DNA of 64,000 bases from Tetramitus jugosus (GCA_937625935.1 OW569347.1:310001-374000); one strand, 5' to 3'. Positions 26,570 to 38,517 are shown, numbered from the stretch's first letter. Notes: generated by a model from the letters alone, not told the origin. Numbers and translations: made by a program.

Positions 26570-28239
26570 ATGTTCTGTAACAGTATGTAATAATTGGTCA
26601 ACATGATTGAATTTCGTCACACAGTTTAAACTAACAACAAACATTGTCAATCGTCCTCCTCACTTTTTTCAAATCATCTAGTTAGTGGCATTGTGCCTCA
26701 AGAGCCTGTCGTCTCCAAAAAGAGCGGTCACCTGTTTGAAAAGAATCTCATTTTGAAATATTTGGAAGAGCATGACAACAAGTGTCCCATGACCAACGAA
26801 TTTCTCACAGCAGACGATCTATTGGAAGTGAAGAGCAAAATCACTGGTGTGAAACCACGACCAGTCACAGCCACGAGCATACCTGGACTATTGCAAATGT
26901 TTCAAAATGAATGGGAAGCCCTCATGCTAGAAACATTTACCATGAAACAAAATTTGAATACCGCAAAGCAAGAGTTGTCACATACTCTGTATCAGCATGA
27001 TGCTGCATGTAGAGTCATTTCCAGGTTGGTGAAGGAGAAGGAGGAGTCTAACTCTGCATTGATGAACTTGAAACCATCGACAAATGTTGCTGAACGAATG
27101 GAGGATGTTGAAGAAATGGGAGAGAATGTAGAACAGCAACAACAACAACAGGTTGGATTGACAAGAGATGTGTTGATCAAATTGGCTGCCCATTCACAAG
27201 AGTAAGTTGTACTTTTGTGCTTGAAATTCTTTTTTATTCAAAATTGTGTAACTAACCTTTCTTTTACACATGTTTCTTCTCTGTCAATAGGTTGTCATCA
27301 AACCGTAGAAACAGAGCAATCTCTCCAGATTTGTGCACACCTGAATCTATGTCAAAAAAGACCCGAAAATCTGCTTTCCCACTGCATCCAAGTGCCATCC
27401 GCTCAGTGCACAATCACTCCCAAAGAAATCTTGTAGTCACAGCTGGAGAAGACGGTAGTGCTATTGTCTTCAACAAAGATACATCCAAAGTTTTATCAAC
27501 ACTGAGAGCCAGCTCACGTCCACTCAATTCTGCAATATTCCACCCTACCTACGGCCAAATATTCACCGCTGGGTCAGACAATTGCGTAAAGTATTGGTCA
27601 TTAGACAATGGCTCATGCATTACGTCACTCAACAATCTACACAGAGGTGAGGTAACAGGATTAACTGTTCATGCAACTGGAGACTATTTGGCATCTTGTT
27701 CATATGATGGATCATGGGCTTTCTGTGATATTTCAACAGGAACTGCATTGATCAAGAAAAAGGTCAGTGGAGGTAGCTTCAAGTGTATAAACTTCCATCC
27801 AGACGGCTTGATCTTCGGTACAGGAACTGCAGATGCGGGTACAGTTCAAATTTGGGACATTAAATCTCAACAAGAAGCAGCAAAGTTTGTGGATCATAAG
27901 GACACAATTACTGGCTTGTCATTCTCAGAGAATGGATACTATCTTGCATCTTCCTCCAAGGATTCAACAGTAAGGATTTGGGATCTCAGAAAACTAACCT
28001 CAGTTCATGTGATCAACTGTGATAGTGCTGTGAGCTGTGTTACTTTTGACCACAGTGGACTCTATCTTGGATTTGGTTGTGATGATGGTTCTGTCAATGT
28101 TTATCAAAGCAAAGTATGGAACCAACTCAACTCGTTCTCCAATGCACATGACGGCCCAGTGAGCGGTGTTGCTTTTGGCAAGAATGCTTCCTACCTTGTC
28201 TCCGCCGGTTCAGATCACCATGTCAAATTCTACGAATAA
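26570..28239 (+). CDS. PRP19: Pre-mRNA processing factor 19 (U-box, coiled coil, WD40); introns 26583-26681 and 27202-27290
   Basis: Spliced start MFCNISGIVPQEPVVS, the signature SIPGLLQMFQNEW..QELSHTLYQHDAACRVI, and WD40 repeats. Confidence 0.95.
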
Positions 28240-28378
28240 AGTTCAGAGATTCCGGCAGAGAGTGTCCCCGCCCAAGTCGCCAAAAACAACCTTGTCCATC
28301 GACACCGCCAACAAAAAAGCAGACACATAGACACGTAAAAAGAAGGGAAGTTTTAATACGCACACAGTTGACAGACAG

Positions 28379-31258
28379 ATGAAAGGAATTTTTAAGGCAT
28401 TCGGTTTCGCCTCACAACAAGACGAGGCTCTCCAGAGTGGACCACCGAATCAGCACGCACTCATTGAAAACTACATGGAACAAATGTCGGAAAACAACAA
28501 CAGCACTGAGAACACCAATAGCGAAGTTTCCTCACCTGTCAATGGCCCCTCTTCGTTCTCTTCTCCCTCATCTCCCGTTGCCAACGCCAGTAATCACAAC
28601 ACTAACGTTGATGTTTACAATGGAAGGTCGGAGAATAATGGTGGTAGAAGAGGAGAATCGGAGGATTCGCCAACCTCAAGCAGCGCACTCACCTCGAGTC
28701 TCATTCTTGGAACACAAAACGAAGAAGCCTCAACCATGAACAAACTGGCAGATATGACCAACAATGTTGCCATCTCCTTGCTCCCTGGTGAAGTTGAGAT
28801 TGACAGAGACTCAATGGTGTTTGAGTGGAATGGTCACACCAACGTCAAGAGTTCATGGCACTTGGGCACACTGACCATTACCAACTTTAGAATTGTTTTC
28901 ACACCTACCAATGTGTCCACTTATGTATGTGCTCATTTTGCTCTCCTTCTTGTTATTGTTACTATTCTCTCATTTTTTTTGAGCTAATTCTTCTTCCACT
29001 TCTTGTTGTCATTGGCAAATGAATCATTCACACACTTTCCAAAAAAAAAATGTCGACGTTCTGACTGAAACAACTGGTGATATATGTATAACCAACCACA
29101 TTCTCAATAATAGGAGGATGTTCTCATGTTCAAGGGCAGTCAAATACCATACACGAGCATTAGCAGAGCAGAAAAGATTGGTGGAAGGTCCAACAAGCAA
29201 GATCATTCCTATCTGATTGAGATTATGACCAAGGATTTGAATCATGTCAAGTTTTCATTCTCTCCCAACAGAGCCTCCCGAGGTCGCCTGTTCAAGTACA
29301 TGACACAGGAGAGAGTGCAACCAGAACACTTCTTTTGCTACAATCACAAGGTTGCATTGGCTGATGGAGATGTCGATGGATGGAAGATCTATGATCCATT
29401 GAAGGAATTTGTTCGACAGGGATGTTTCAGACCACCAACCAATAGTGTGAAGCCACAGTGGCGATTAACAAATGTGAATGAGGATTATAAGATGTGTGAC
29501 ACGTATCCAGCGCATTTCATGGTTCCTAGTGACATTACAGATGAGGAGATTCGTGCTGTAGCACTATTCAGAAGCAAGGGTCGTATTCCTGCTCTATCCT
29601 GGTTCAACAAAGAAACTGGAGTCGCTCTAACACGAAGTTCTCAGCCACTTCTCGGCCTTGGAATCAGAGGAAAGAAGTTTAAGGATGACTATCGAATGAT
29701 TGAAGCTATTATTCAAGCCAATAGAAATAATGGTGTCGAAAAACTGATGATTGTTGATTTGAGGCCAAGAGCAAATGCTGAGGCAAATCGTCTTGTCAAG
29801 GGAGCTGGCTATGAGAAGAATTACAAGAATTGTGATCTAAAGTTTATGAACATTGAGAATATTCATGTCGTTCGTGCTTCCTTTACAAAGTTGATGGACT
29901 TGTGCATGAGTACTGGTGGTATGGATGGCAACTGGTATCAAAAAGTGGAAGCAACCAGCTGGATTGAACACTTGAGAAGTATCTTGTCTGCCAGTCAATA
30001 TGTAGTCACTGTTATGGAGAGAGAAAAGGTTTCTGTGCTGACTCATTGCAGTGATGGATGGGACAGAACGAGTCAAGTTGCCTGCTTGTCTCAGTTGATG
30101 CTCGATCCATACTTTAGAACGATTGAAGGCTTTGCTGTGTTGGTTGAGAAGGAATGGTTGGCATTTGGCCACATGTTCCACAAGAGAATGGGACATGGAC
30201 TCGTGAATGCATTCTTCCATGATGAGAGAGGTCCTATATTTGTTCAGTTCATGGATTGTATGTTCCAGTTTATCTCTCAACACCCAACTGCCTTCGAGTT
30301 TAATGAAGTCTTCTTGTTGCATGTTCTGGATGAAGCATACGCTTGTCGATATGGAACATTCTTGTTTGATTGTGACAGAGAGAGAACATTGGCAAGAGTA
30401 AGAGAATCTACTCCATCTTTGTGGACGCAGTTTATGAACCGCAAGTCATTCCCTGATATTGATCAGTATTTGAATCCATTCTATGATCCTGAGTTGACAT
30501 CGAATCCAATTTATCCTGATTTGCGACACGCTTCCATTCATTTGTGGTCTGGATACTGGCTGCGATATGCAAAGGAACCAAACGGTTATGAATACCTGTC
30601 TCCTAGTTCAAGCAAGATTCTGCAGTCAAGAGGTATGGCAATTAGGTCTGAGTTGAGTCAAATGAATCAATATAAGGCAAATGCTGAACACACAAATGAG
30701 ACGACAGTTCAATTGTTCCAACGTGAATTTGCCACTATGAGACATGAGATTATCGAACTTGGCAAACAGAAGGAAGATTTGAAAAAGCAACATGAGATTC
30801 AGTTATTATCTTATGTTGAATTATGCGAGAAGCAAAGAAAAGAGTTGTCCAAGTGGGAGAATGCAACTTCAACGTATGTTTCTCAAGAGAATAATCAAAA
30901 GGTAGAGATCCATCACAATGATAATGGATCGTCTGAAGAACAAACCGAGGAGAAGACCGATAAGGATGCACAGCTAGAGGAAGTGACTAGTGAACGTGAT
31001 GTCTGGAAGAAGAAGGCACTCGACCTTCAAGTGGAGCTTTTGAATTCCAAGGCAGTCGATAATCATGCAGATGACGATATGCAAAAGGAAGTTGCCCATT
31101 TGAAGCAATATATTGCACACTTGGAGAAAACTCTTTTGCAAGTGAAGAATCAAGAGACTGTTTCTGTGCCTCCATCAGAAACACCTCAGCCGGAACGGAA
31201 GACGCTAAGTGACCAATTGGATGGCGTTGATGAGACATGGAGACAAAATATCGAGTAA
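28379..31258 (+). CDS. Myotubularin-family phosphoinositide 3-phosphatase (catalytically intact); intron 28925-29113
   Basis: GRAM-like GTLTITNFRI, FRSKGRIP, catalytic HCSDGWDRT, EKEWLAFGH and a C-terminal coiled coil. Confidence 0.92.
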
Positions 31259-31319
31259 TTATTATAATAGGCCTGTAACATATGCATAATCGAACCAATA
31301 ATAATAATTTTTGAATTGA

Positions 31320-32669
31320 CTATATTTCTATTTCTTCTTCGTTCTTGCCAATTTCCAACTCACTTGTCGATGGAACTTGTTGTATTGCCGTTGATTTATC
31401 CTCACGATTCATACTTCCGCTGATATAGTTTTCCAGTTGGAGACGTTCGAGCAGGTGTGTTGTTTGGGGATTCAAGGTGTCGAGGGGGTTGTAAGAAACC
31501 GAGGAGGGATTAAAAGCTTCACTCCCTGTCGGATCGTACACTGGAGCACTGGCCACAAACTGGGAGTTTGGAATTTTCAAGGTTCCAAAATGTTGCGAAA
31601 CCCATTTTCTATGCTCCTGTAGTTCATTGTTATCAATTAGCTGATATGGATTTTGGAGGAAGGTTTGCGCAGATGGTTGACTAGATAGAGGATGGTGTGG
31701 TGTTATGAGATACTTGTTTGTGGCACGAATAATACTGAGCCATTCCAAATCATACTCAAAGCACGGTTCTTCAGAAGTATCATTGATATATGGATGATTT
31801 GGTTCTATATCAATGAATTGCAGGAAATCTCTGCGTGGCAAGCACTTGTCCAGTGCTAGAAATCGTGTCGTATTCGGTGTCTGTTGATTCTGCGTTGTTG
31901 ACCCATGAGGAACGACCGCTGGAAACTTACAGTGAAGATGACCAGAGAACCAATACCTGGGTTGAAGATTGTTCAGCAGAACATCAGAAGCAGGCGATCC
32001 CAGTTCACCTCGATCAATGTCTGACCTGAAGTGAGGCTTCCATCTCACCAATTGACCCACATTGCCATGCTTCGTTATACTCGCAGGCCAATCATGTGAC
32101 AACATGACATCAATCAATGGAGAGTGGGGAGATGCTGTCGCCGTACTCGCGGGAGCAGATTGACGCTTTTCAATCATGAGCTGATAAAGCTTAAAAATTT
32201 CAAAGGATCGAGTGTGATAGACACTGCGAATACCACGAGCATCATAGGGCACACGTTCCACATAGGCACTATGGAACGAATAGGGTTTATAGATACCAGA
32301 CACACCAGCAATACGCAATCCCTTGAAACGTATCACTCCCGAATGACCCAAGTAGTAAATGTTGGGTGCAACGAAGCCACCATAGTACAACTCCCACAGA
32401 TAGTTGCTCGCTTCATGATTTCCACCAATGAACAATGTAGGAACAGGTGCAGTGCACTCACCAGAGTAATACTTGTAAAAATCCTTGTAGGAGAGGTACT
32501 TTTGTGGCACGTTCATGCTCTTGAGATCAAAGTCATTGCGAACACTTTCAAAATCGCCACAACAGATCAATAAATCAATCTTTGTGTTGGTTTCACGCTG
32601 TGCATGCTCAATGGTGGCATAAATCTTGTCCAGATCACCATGACAACAACCCTCGACTGCAATTCGCAT
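31320..32669 (-). CDS. DBR1: RNA lariat debranching enzyme
   Basis: Motifs MRIAVEGCCHG, LLICCGDF, GGNHE, SHDWP, WFSGHLH and FLALDKCLP. The ATG is at 32669; the longer ORF-track start runs into the tRNA. Confidence 0.95.
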   Translation of the reverse strand: MRIAVEGCCHGDLDKIYATIEHAQRETNTKIDLLICCGDFESVRNDFDLKSMNVPQKYLSYKDFYKYYSGECTAPVPTLFIGGNHEASNYLWELYYGGFVAPNIYYLGHSGVIRFKGLRIAGVSGIYKPYSFHSAYVERVPYDARGIRSVYHTRSFEIFKLYQLMIEKRQSAPASTATASPHSPLIDVMLSHDWPASITKHGNVGQLVRWKPHFRSDIDRGELGSPASDVLLNNLQPRYWFSGHLHCKFPAVVPHGSTTQNQQTPNTTRFLALDKCLPRRDFLQFIDIEPNHPYINDTSEEPCFEYDLEWLSIIRATNKYLITPHHPLSSQPSAQTFLQNPYQLIDNNELQEHRKWVSQHFGTLKIPNSQFVASAPVYDPTGSEAFNPSSVSYNPLDTLNPQTTHLLERLQLENYISGSMNREDKSTAIQQVPSTSELEIGKNEEEIEI

Positions 32670-32707
32670 GATTCTTTGATTTGTTTGCAAAATACACCTG
32701 GCAACGC

Positions 32708-32712
32708 AAAAA
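32708..32712 (-). terminator. Pol III terminator (T5) of the tRNA gene
   Basis: TTTTT on the minus strand, 1 nt after the discriminator base. Confidence 0.7.
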
Positions 32713-32713
32713 G

Positions 32714-32786
32714 TACCGACGACGGGACTCGAACCCGCGACCACTGGATTAGAAGTCCAGTGCTCTTCCAGCTGAGCTACGACGGC
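32714..32786 (-). tRNA. tRNA-Arg(TCT), intronless, 73 nt, no encoded CCA
   Basis: Reads GCCGTCG TA GCTC AGCTGGAA GAGC A CTGGA CTTCTAA TCCAG TGGTC GCGGG TTCGAGT CCCGT CGTCGGT A. It folds as a cloverleaf with anticodon TCT and intact A and B boxes. Confidence 0.95.
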
Positions 32787-32808
32787 TATATATCTTCTTA
32801 CTATCTTT

Positions 32809-32833
32809 AGGTATTAGAGATTAACGGGCTTTA
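32809..32833 (+). repeat. Proximal target site: overlapping TSD sources AGGTATTAGAGATTA (32809-32823) and AGATTAACGGGCTTTA (32818-32833)
   Basis: The first sequence recurs at 37548-37562 and 42430-42444. The second recurs at 34535-34550 and 35946-35961. Every copy directly follows a poly(A) tail. Confidence 0.92.
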
Positions 32834-34535
32834 TTTACGTGAGACTGCCCGGAGAGCGAATCGAAGATCACGACATTGTTGTCGCCAACACGAGAGTCCC
32901 AGCAAAAGGACCCGAGGCGCATTTCCGTGCGTTAGGTCTTTTCCTCAACCTAAATGGTAAGACAGAACAGCAGGTAAGTCAGGCCATGACCAAAGCGAAG
33001 AGAGTCATTGAGCGACTCAAAATCATGAACCTGGGTGCGAGACAAGTCGCACGCATCGTAAATGCGTGCATCCACCCCATCTTCCTATATGCATGTGAGT
33101 TCACCAAGTGGACTAAGAAACAACTTGATGAGGTTTCGAGCATAGGAAAGCGACTTGTGAAGCACGAATCAGTCGCAATGAAGCGATACCCCAGTGAGTT
33201 ACTCTATGTAGGCCCAGAATGGGGTTCTATCGGTCTTGAGAACTTCTCTGAAGCAGTGACGATTCGCACTGCATTGTTTGTGAAGGCTATGATGAGAGGG
33301 AAGAGAGATGAGGATGCTAGGATTCTGTGGTACGACTCACTTGAGTATATCAAGCAACAATACACGTTCCAATTGGAGAACGTCTTCCAATCGGACCACA
33401 GAATCAACTGCGTCAAACACTCCTTTATGAAATGGTGTGCTGTTAAATTGCACAAGAGAGGAATTATCATCACTGACGACTCTCATAGTCGTTGCGAGGG
33501 GTGTAATTTGTCAAATTACCTAACAACACGACAATTGAGGTTACTGAGCAGAGCTGGACTCTATCAGAAGCAACAACTACTGCAAGATGGCGAAGTTAGA
33601 AGTTTCGAGGCACTAAAAACTGAGATTGGAAGAGGATTCGGCCTAAAGACTTATCAGGAGTTGATACTCACTGTCAAGGCAATGCCAGAATGTATGAGTA
33701 AGGATTTACATTCCTCAAAGGGGTTTATACAAATAATCCGATGTAATGGACAATACGCCAGAGGCCGAGATGACCTTAAAGAAATGCTCTTCAGGGAACG
33801 AAAGGCCACCATTGATCAATATCCAGAGTGGTGGTTGCAAACTGCCGCAATGGAGCACAAGAACCAATTCGAGTTTCTCAAGAACCCCTTTGTGATAGAT
33901 CGTCAATTGGAATGGTTCCATGCACAGATCAGAAGCGGCACATTACATACTAGATCAGTGTGTAATGATTTGTATGATGATGACAAACCGGATCAGTGTC
34001 CAAGGTGCGGCACTGAGTCCGAAACCATCATTCACTGTCTGATCAGGTGCAAGTGTGCAACCGATGCTCGTCGAAAACTTGTGTTGGAAGTTTTTAACAA
34101 ACTGCTCAGACTCCCATTGCATCGAGGATCGACTGTGAATCTTTGGTTTGACAAGGTGGTGTTCAGAAACGGGGTACTTTTCCCGAGATCCCGGAAGACC
34201 AGTCGGGAGTACCTCTCGGGAATGATGGGCATTGAGAGTGAAGCTCTTGACGAAGTTATCGATGCATTGGTGAAGAATGGAATGAAGTTAGAACTAGCCC
34301 ATCGCAAGGCACGAAGCTTTGTCAGTTGGGTAAAGAGTCGCTGCATCGTTACTTTGCACAAACTCTACCAGCAATCAAAAGACTACAAACAGCAGTAACG
34401 CTCTCCGAGCGTTACTGAAAGGAAAGATAAGTGCCGCTCTTCGAGCGGCACAGTGAGAATGAGAGAAACTATTTGAAAGAATGATACACAATAAAGTGAG
34501 CAACTACGTGTTGTATAAAAAAAAAAAAAAAAAAA
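32834..34535 (+). mobile_element. E1: 5'-truncated non-LTR retrotransposon, family B (C-terminal part of ORF2, 3' UTR, poly(A))
   Basis: Open ORF to 34398 with post-RT FRALG, the GSIGL motif and the CCHC finger CPRC-X8-H-X4-C. Poly(A) is at 34517-34535, and it is flanked by a 16-bp TSD. Confidence 0.9.
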
Positions 34536-34550
34536 GATTAACGGGCTTTA

Positions 34551-35946
34551 GAAAAAACGCCGATGAAAAAACGAACACACACCCCTGTTGTTCGTGAGTA
34601 TGAGAATCCACGCTATGCTGTGTGGACCACAGCACCAAGAGGAACTGCGCCAAGCAGCAAGGAGGTCATCATCACTGGAAAGTGCGATGACTCCCCCAAG
34701 GCTGCCTTGGCCAAGAAGATTGGCTTGGATTTTGGTGATTTGCTCACCAGGGTCCAAGTCATCAAGAAGGGCCCCAAGAGGTTTGTTGCGTGGGTGACTG
34801 TTGTTGATGACAACATTTACCCATTTGTTGAATCCTTCAACCGCAACAAGAAGATGAGTGGCTGCAAGGCAGCACTCAAGCACAATGTAGATTGTGCCAA
34901 GAAGGTCGTCCTCCACGGTGTCAAAGGTAAGACGGAGGACGACATCAAGGCCATGCTTGGCACAACAAAGGTCAAGCACGACACCGCCTTTGTTGTGATG
35001 GAGTCCGAAACGTATGCCGAAGCTTTTGCTTCGAAACGTTCAATCCATGCCAGTGGAGGTGGAAGCAAAGCGCTTCCTTCCACGCCCACGTGATCCGGTC
35101 AAGGCTGTCAGCAAGAGGCTGACCAAGATGTACCAAGAGCTCCTGGCTGTGGTGGACGACCTGCGCCACCAAGTCAGTGTGTTAAAAGATATGGCTTCCG
35201 TCAACCGGATTCCCCTCGCATCCCCGTCTCCAAGGACGCCGGAGCGAATCTCCGAATTCGAACTTTCGACTCCGTCTACGACCGATGACTGGGAGTCGAT
35301 CATGCCGGAGTCCCATCCCGCCACTCCAACTACGGTCACAAGAGCCAACCAACAACACCATTGATGAGGATGCTCGTAACAGAGCAATCCTCGAGCTAGT
35401 ATTGAACACCTCCGAGGTGTTCAAGAAAGTCAAGAAAGAGATTGCTGCCCGAGCAATCATGGTGGACCGTGCAAGAAGCACAACCACCAATGAAGATCCA
35501 GTTGAGTTGGATCTCAGTAACCCCGACTGTGAGTTACAGAGTCCCCAACTCAACGAACACAAGAAGCGATCAGCACGTGTCACCGTTGGTGACACTACTG
35601 CCAACAAGATCCCGGCCAGGTTGGCCAGTATCAAGTCAGGTGCTCTCCGTAGGTCCTACCAATTGGCTAGGACTACGGAGCCATCTGACCTCACCAGTGG
35701 TGCTCCAGATGGTAGTGGAGGCCCTCGCAACGAATCCCTGAAGAAGGGATCAAAACAACATTCCAAGAAGAGAATGAATCCTGTTGCGTAGGCCTGCCAC
35801 TCCACTGGGCAAGCACCACATCATGTTAGACAATTGAGAGCAGGCAAGCCTGCTCTCACTCAAAAGAATGTTGTTTTGATCCCTTCTTCAAAAAAAAAGT
35901 TCCGCAACGTGGTGCGTGAGCACCATTTGTTGTATTAAAAAAAAAA
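34551..35946 (+). mobile_element. E2: complete ~1.4 kb ORF1-only non-autonomous retroposon (half-LINE-like)
   Basis: Starts GAAAAAACG with ATG at 34563. ORF1 is homologous to E4 ORF1 and has a frameshift near 35025. There is no EN or RT. It ends GTTGTATT plus poly(A) and has its own 16-bp TSD (34535-34550 / 35946-35961). Confidence 0.85.
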
Positions 35947-35951
35947 GATTA

Positions 35952-37548
35952 ACGGGCTTTAGAGCACTTGGGCAGTTTACAAACCTCAATGGGGACACAG
36001 AGGCCCAGAAGAAACAAGCAAAGCAGAAGGTATCGAGAATCCTGAATCGGTTGAGGATGCTGAAACTGGGACCAAGTCAGGCAGCGAGGATAGTGAACAC
36101 CTGTATCCATCCTGTATTCTTGTTTGCTTCAGAGTTTACCCATTGGCCAAAGAAATGGCTAAACGAAATCGAGGGTATTGGACGCAAGGCAGTGAAACAT
36201 GGATCGAGTGCCATGAAAAGGTTTCCCTCTTTGCTGCTGTCAGTGGAGAGGGACAAAGGAGGTATTGGACTCAATGAATTCAAAGAGAGTTTGACGGCTA
36301 AGATCTCTGCCTTTGTCGTGGGGATGCTGCAAGGTAAGAGAGACACGGAAGCACGGACACTTCTGTTGGATACGCTTGATGATGTCAAGCAATCGCAAAC
36401 GCTCGTTCGGTCGAGCATATTTCAATCCAACAATCGTCTTCGTGAGACCAAACACTCTTACCTGTCTTGGTGCGCCAAACTTCTACATGGCTCGAAGGTT
36501 AAAGTAGGTCCCAAAGGAGATCATGAATGTGAGAAATGCAGTATTGGGTGGCATCTCCCTACGGGAGACGCAAAACTACTCATTCAAAGTGGAATTTCCA
36601 AAAACTCCCAACTCTTCGATGAGGATGGGATAATGGTTATCCCGTTTGAGGAAGCAAAGATGAAGTTCAAGTTGAAGGGCATTGGCCCAGCAAGGTACTC
36701 AAGGATAAGGGCTTACCTGGAAATTCTTGGTAAACCATGCGAAAAGAGATGGAGGGAGCGAACACTGAATGACACTCTGGAAGTGTCGGTGGGTGACAAA
36801 GCATTGAGCAACCCAAATGTCAGAGAAGGTCTCGTGGAACACTTCGTGCAGGTGAGGACAAAATCGATAGAATCAGAGTCTGAATGGAGATTGGAGGCTG
36901 AACTACAGAAAGAAAAAGAGTGGAATGAATTTCTAAAGTGTCCGTTCGGCCTGGAAAGAAGTGAATTGTGGTTTTACCATCAAGTTAGAAGTGGTACGCT
37001 CCACACAAAGACTGTGCTGCGTGACTTGTATGAGCCGTCGATGGAGGTCGTGTGTGCTCACTGTGCGAGTGCGCCGGAGACGATCAGCCACTTACTGGTG
37101 GAATGTGATGAAGCCAAAAGGGTAAGGAAAGGACTGGTGGAGGAATTTAAAGCCAAATTGGACAAGCTGGAGTTTATGAGACCAGTCAAGCTAAAGATAT
37201 GGTTCGATGATGTGGTTTACGATGACGGGAAATTGGTATCACTAAGCCCAAGTCGAACCACTGAAGAAATCCTAGCAGGGTTAATGGGAAAAGAGGATGA
37301 TCAGAAGGATGTATTGATGAAGGAGCTGGTTGTGTATGGTCGCAAGAAGAGGGAAACAAAGGTTAAAAGGCTGGTGAATGCAATGAAGAGGTCTTGCATC
37401 AAACGGTTATATAAAGTCTGGAGAGACTCAGTAGCGAAGAGAGGTGAACAATAGCTCAGAACCTGCGGTTCTGAGCGACAACACGTCTCACTGTAGTGCA
37501 TAGAATAAAGTGGCAACAAATGTTGTATGGAAAAAAAAAACAAAAAAA
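35952..37548 (+). mobile_element. E3: 5'-truncated non-LTR retrotransposon, family A
   Basis: Open ORF2 C-terminus to 37454 (GFRALG..GGIGL..CAHC-X8-H-X4-C), colinear with E4. Poly(A) at 37531-37548 is followed by the TSD AGGTATTAGAGATTA. Confidence 0.9.
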
Positions 37549-37577
37549 GGTATTAGAGATTAGAAAAACGAGAACAC

Positions 37578-38517
37578 ATGTCAACACAAGGACCGTCAGC
37601 ACAGGCGGTAATGATCCGCAGAAGTCAATATGTAGTATGGACAAAGGTGAGTAAAGAAGCAGCAATGAAGAGAAATGAAGCAGTTGTCACTGGTAAGTGC
37701 AACAATGTGACCCCAGAAGCGATAGTTAATAAGATAGTAGCTAGTTGTTCTGAGTGGGTAGAGAGGGTTCAAGTGATTAGAAGAGGAGAGAGTTACAAGG
37801 CGTGGATAATCATCAGAGGTGACAAAGTGTGGGAATTCATTCAGTGGTTTAACTGCACAAAAGCGTTGAAGGATTCCACGGCGGGGGTAAATGGTAGGAT
37901 GAGAGCCACACATGACGTCGTCATTACTGGAACTGGAAAGGTTAGCAAGGAGGACATTGAGACCTGGGCTGGTCGGGATAATGTACACAGAGTTGAATTG
38001 AGAGGAAACTCTGCCATTGTATCACCAAAGATCCTAGATGTGCGAATACACTTCTGGAAAAGACACCCATCAACAACACCAAGACAAGAAAATTCGTGCA
38101 CAAAACTCTTGGGCCTATGGAGATGCTGAAGAGGACTGTGACTCAACTACAGTCTGATATGAACAAAATGTTGGATGAATACAGAATTAGTGTGGAGCAA
38201 ATCCGAACTCTTAAGTCAGAATTAATGAAGATGTGTTAGTGGAGGAACCACATGAGACAATGCAAGCGATGGAGGAAACAGTAAACACCCCTGTGGCACA
38301 GATCAAAAACAGAGGAAAACAATCATTCGATAAGGGACAGAGGAGATTGGATGACTTTGTCAACAACAGAGGTAAGAAGCGAGATGCCAGAGAAGTGGAG
38401 GAAGATGAGATACAAAGAAAGATAATAATGAGAAATTCTCCTGGTGGAACAATTCAAGTGAGCAGCACTCAAGAGAGTGCGGTGTCACCCCAAGAGAATG
38501 ACCAAAGTGAGCAATGA
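37578..38517 (+). pseudogene. E4 ORF1 (RRM-like region plus coiled coil), frameshifts near 38020 and 38230
   Basis: YVVWT, EAVVTGKC, RVQVIRRG and VVITG..KEDI align with E2 ORF1. It continues in another frame as the coiled coil MLKRTVTQLQSDMNKML. Confidence 0.75.

Noticed and set aside
31320-32669. Functional link between DBR1 (a known Ty1 host factor) and the adjacent retroelements
   Set aside because: The adjacency is explained by the tRNA target. Nothing in the sequence supports a functional coupling.
32670-32744. N-terminal extension of DBR1 (MVAGSSPVVG...) in the ORF track
   Set aside because: It is the tRNA T-arm and acceptor sequence read as codons. The conserved DBR1 start is MRIAVEG at 32669.
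35890-35898. A9 run as a separate element end
   Set aside because: No TSD follows it. It sits where AATAAAG lies in the other elements, upstream of the GCAAC..GTTGTAT stem.
35916-35951. ORF starts MSTICCIKKKR (35916) and MEKKKVLE (42417)
   Set aside because: They read through the previous element's 3' end, poly(A) and TSD, so they are chance in-frame fusions.
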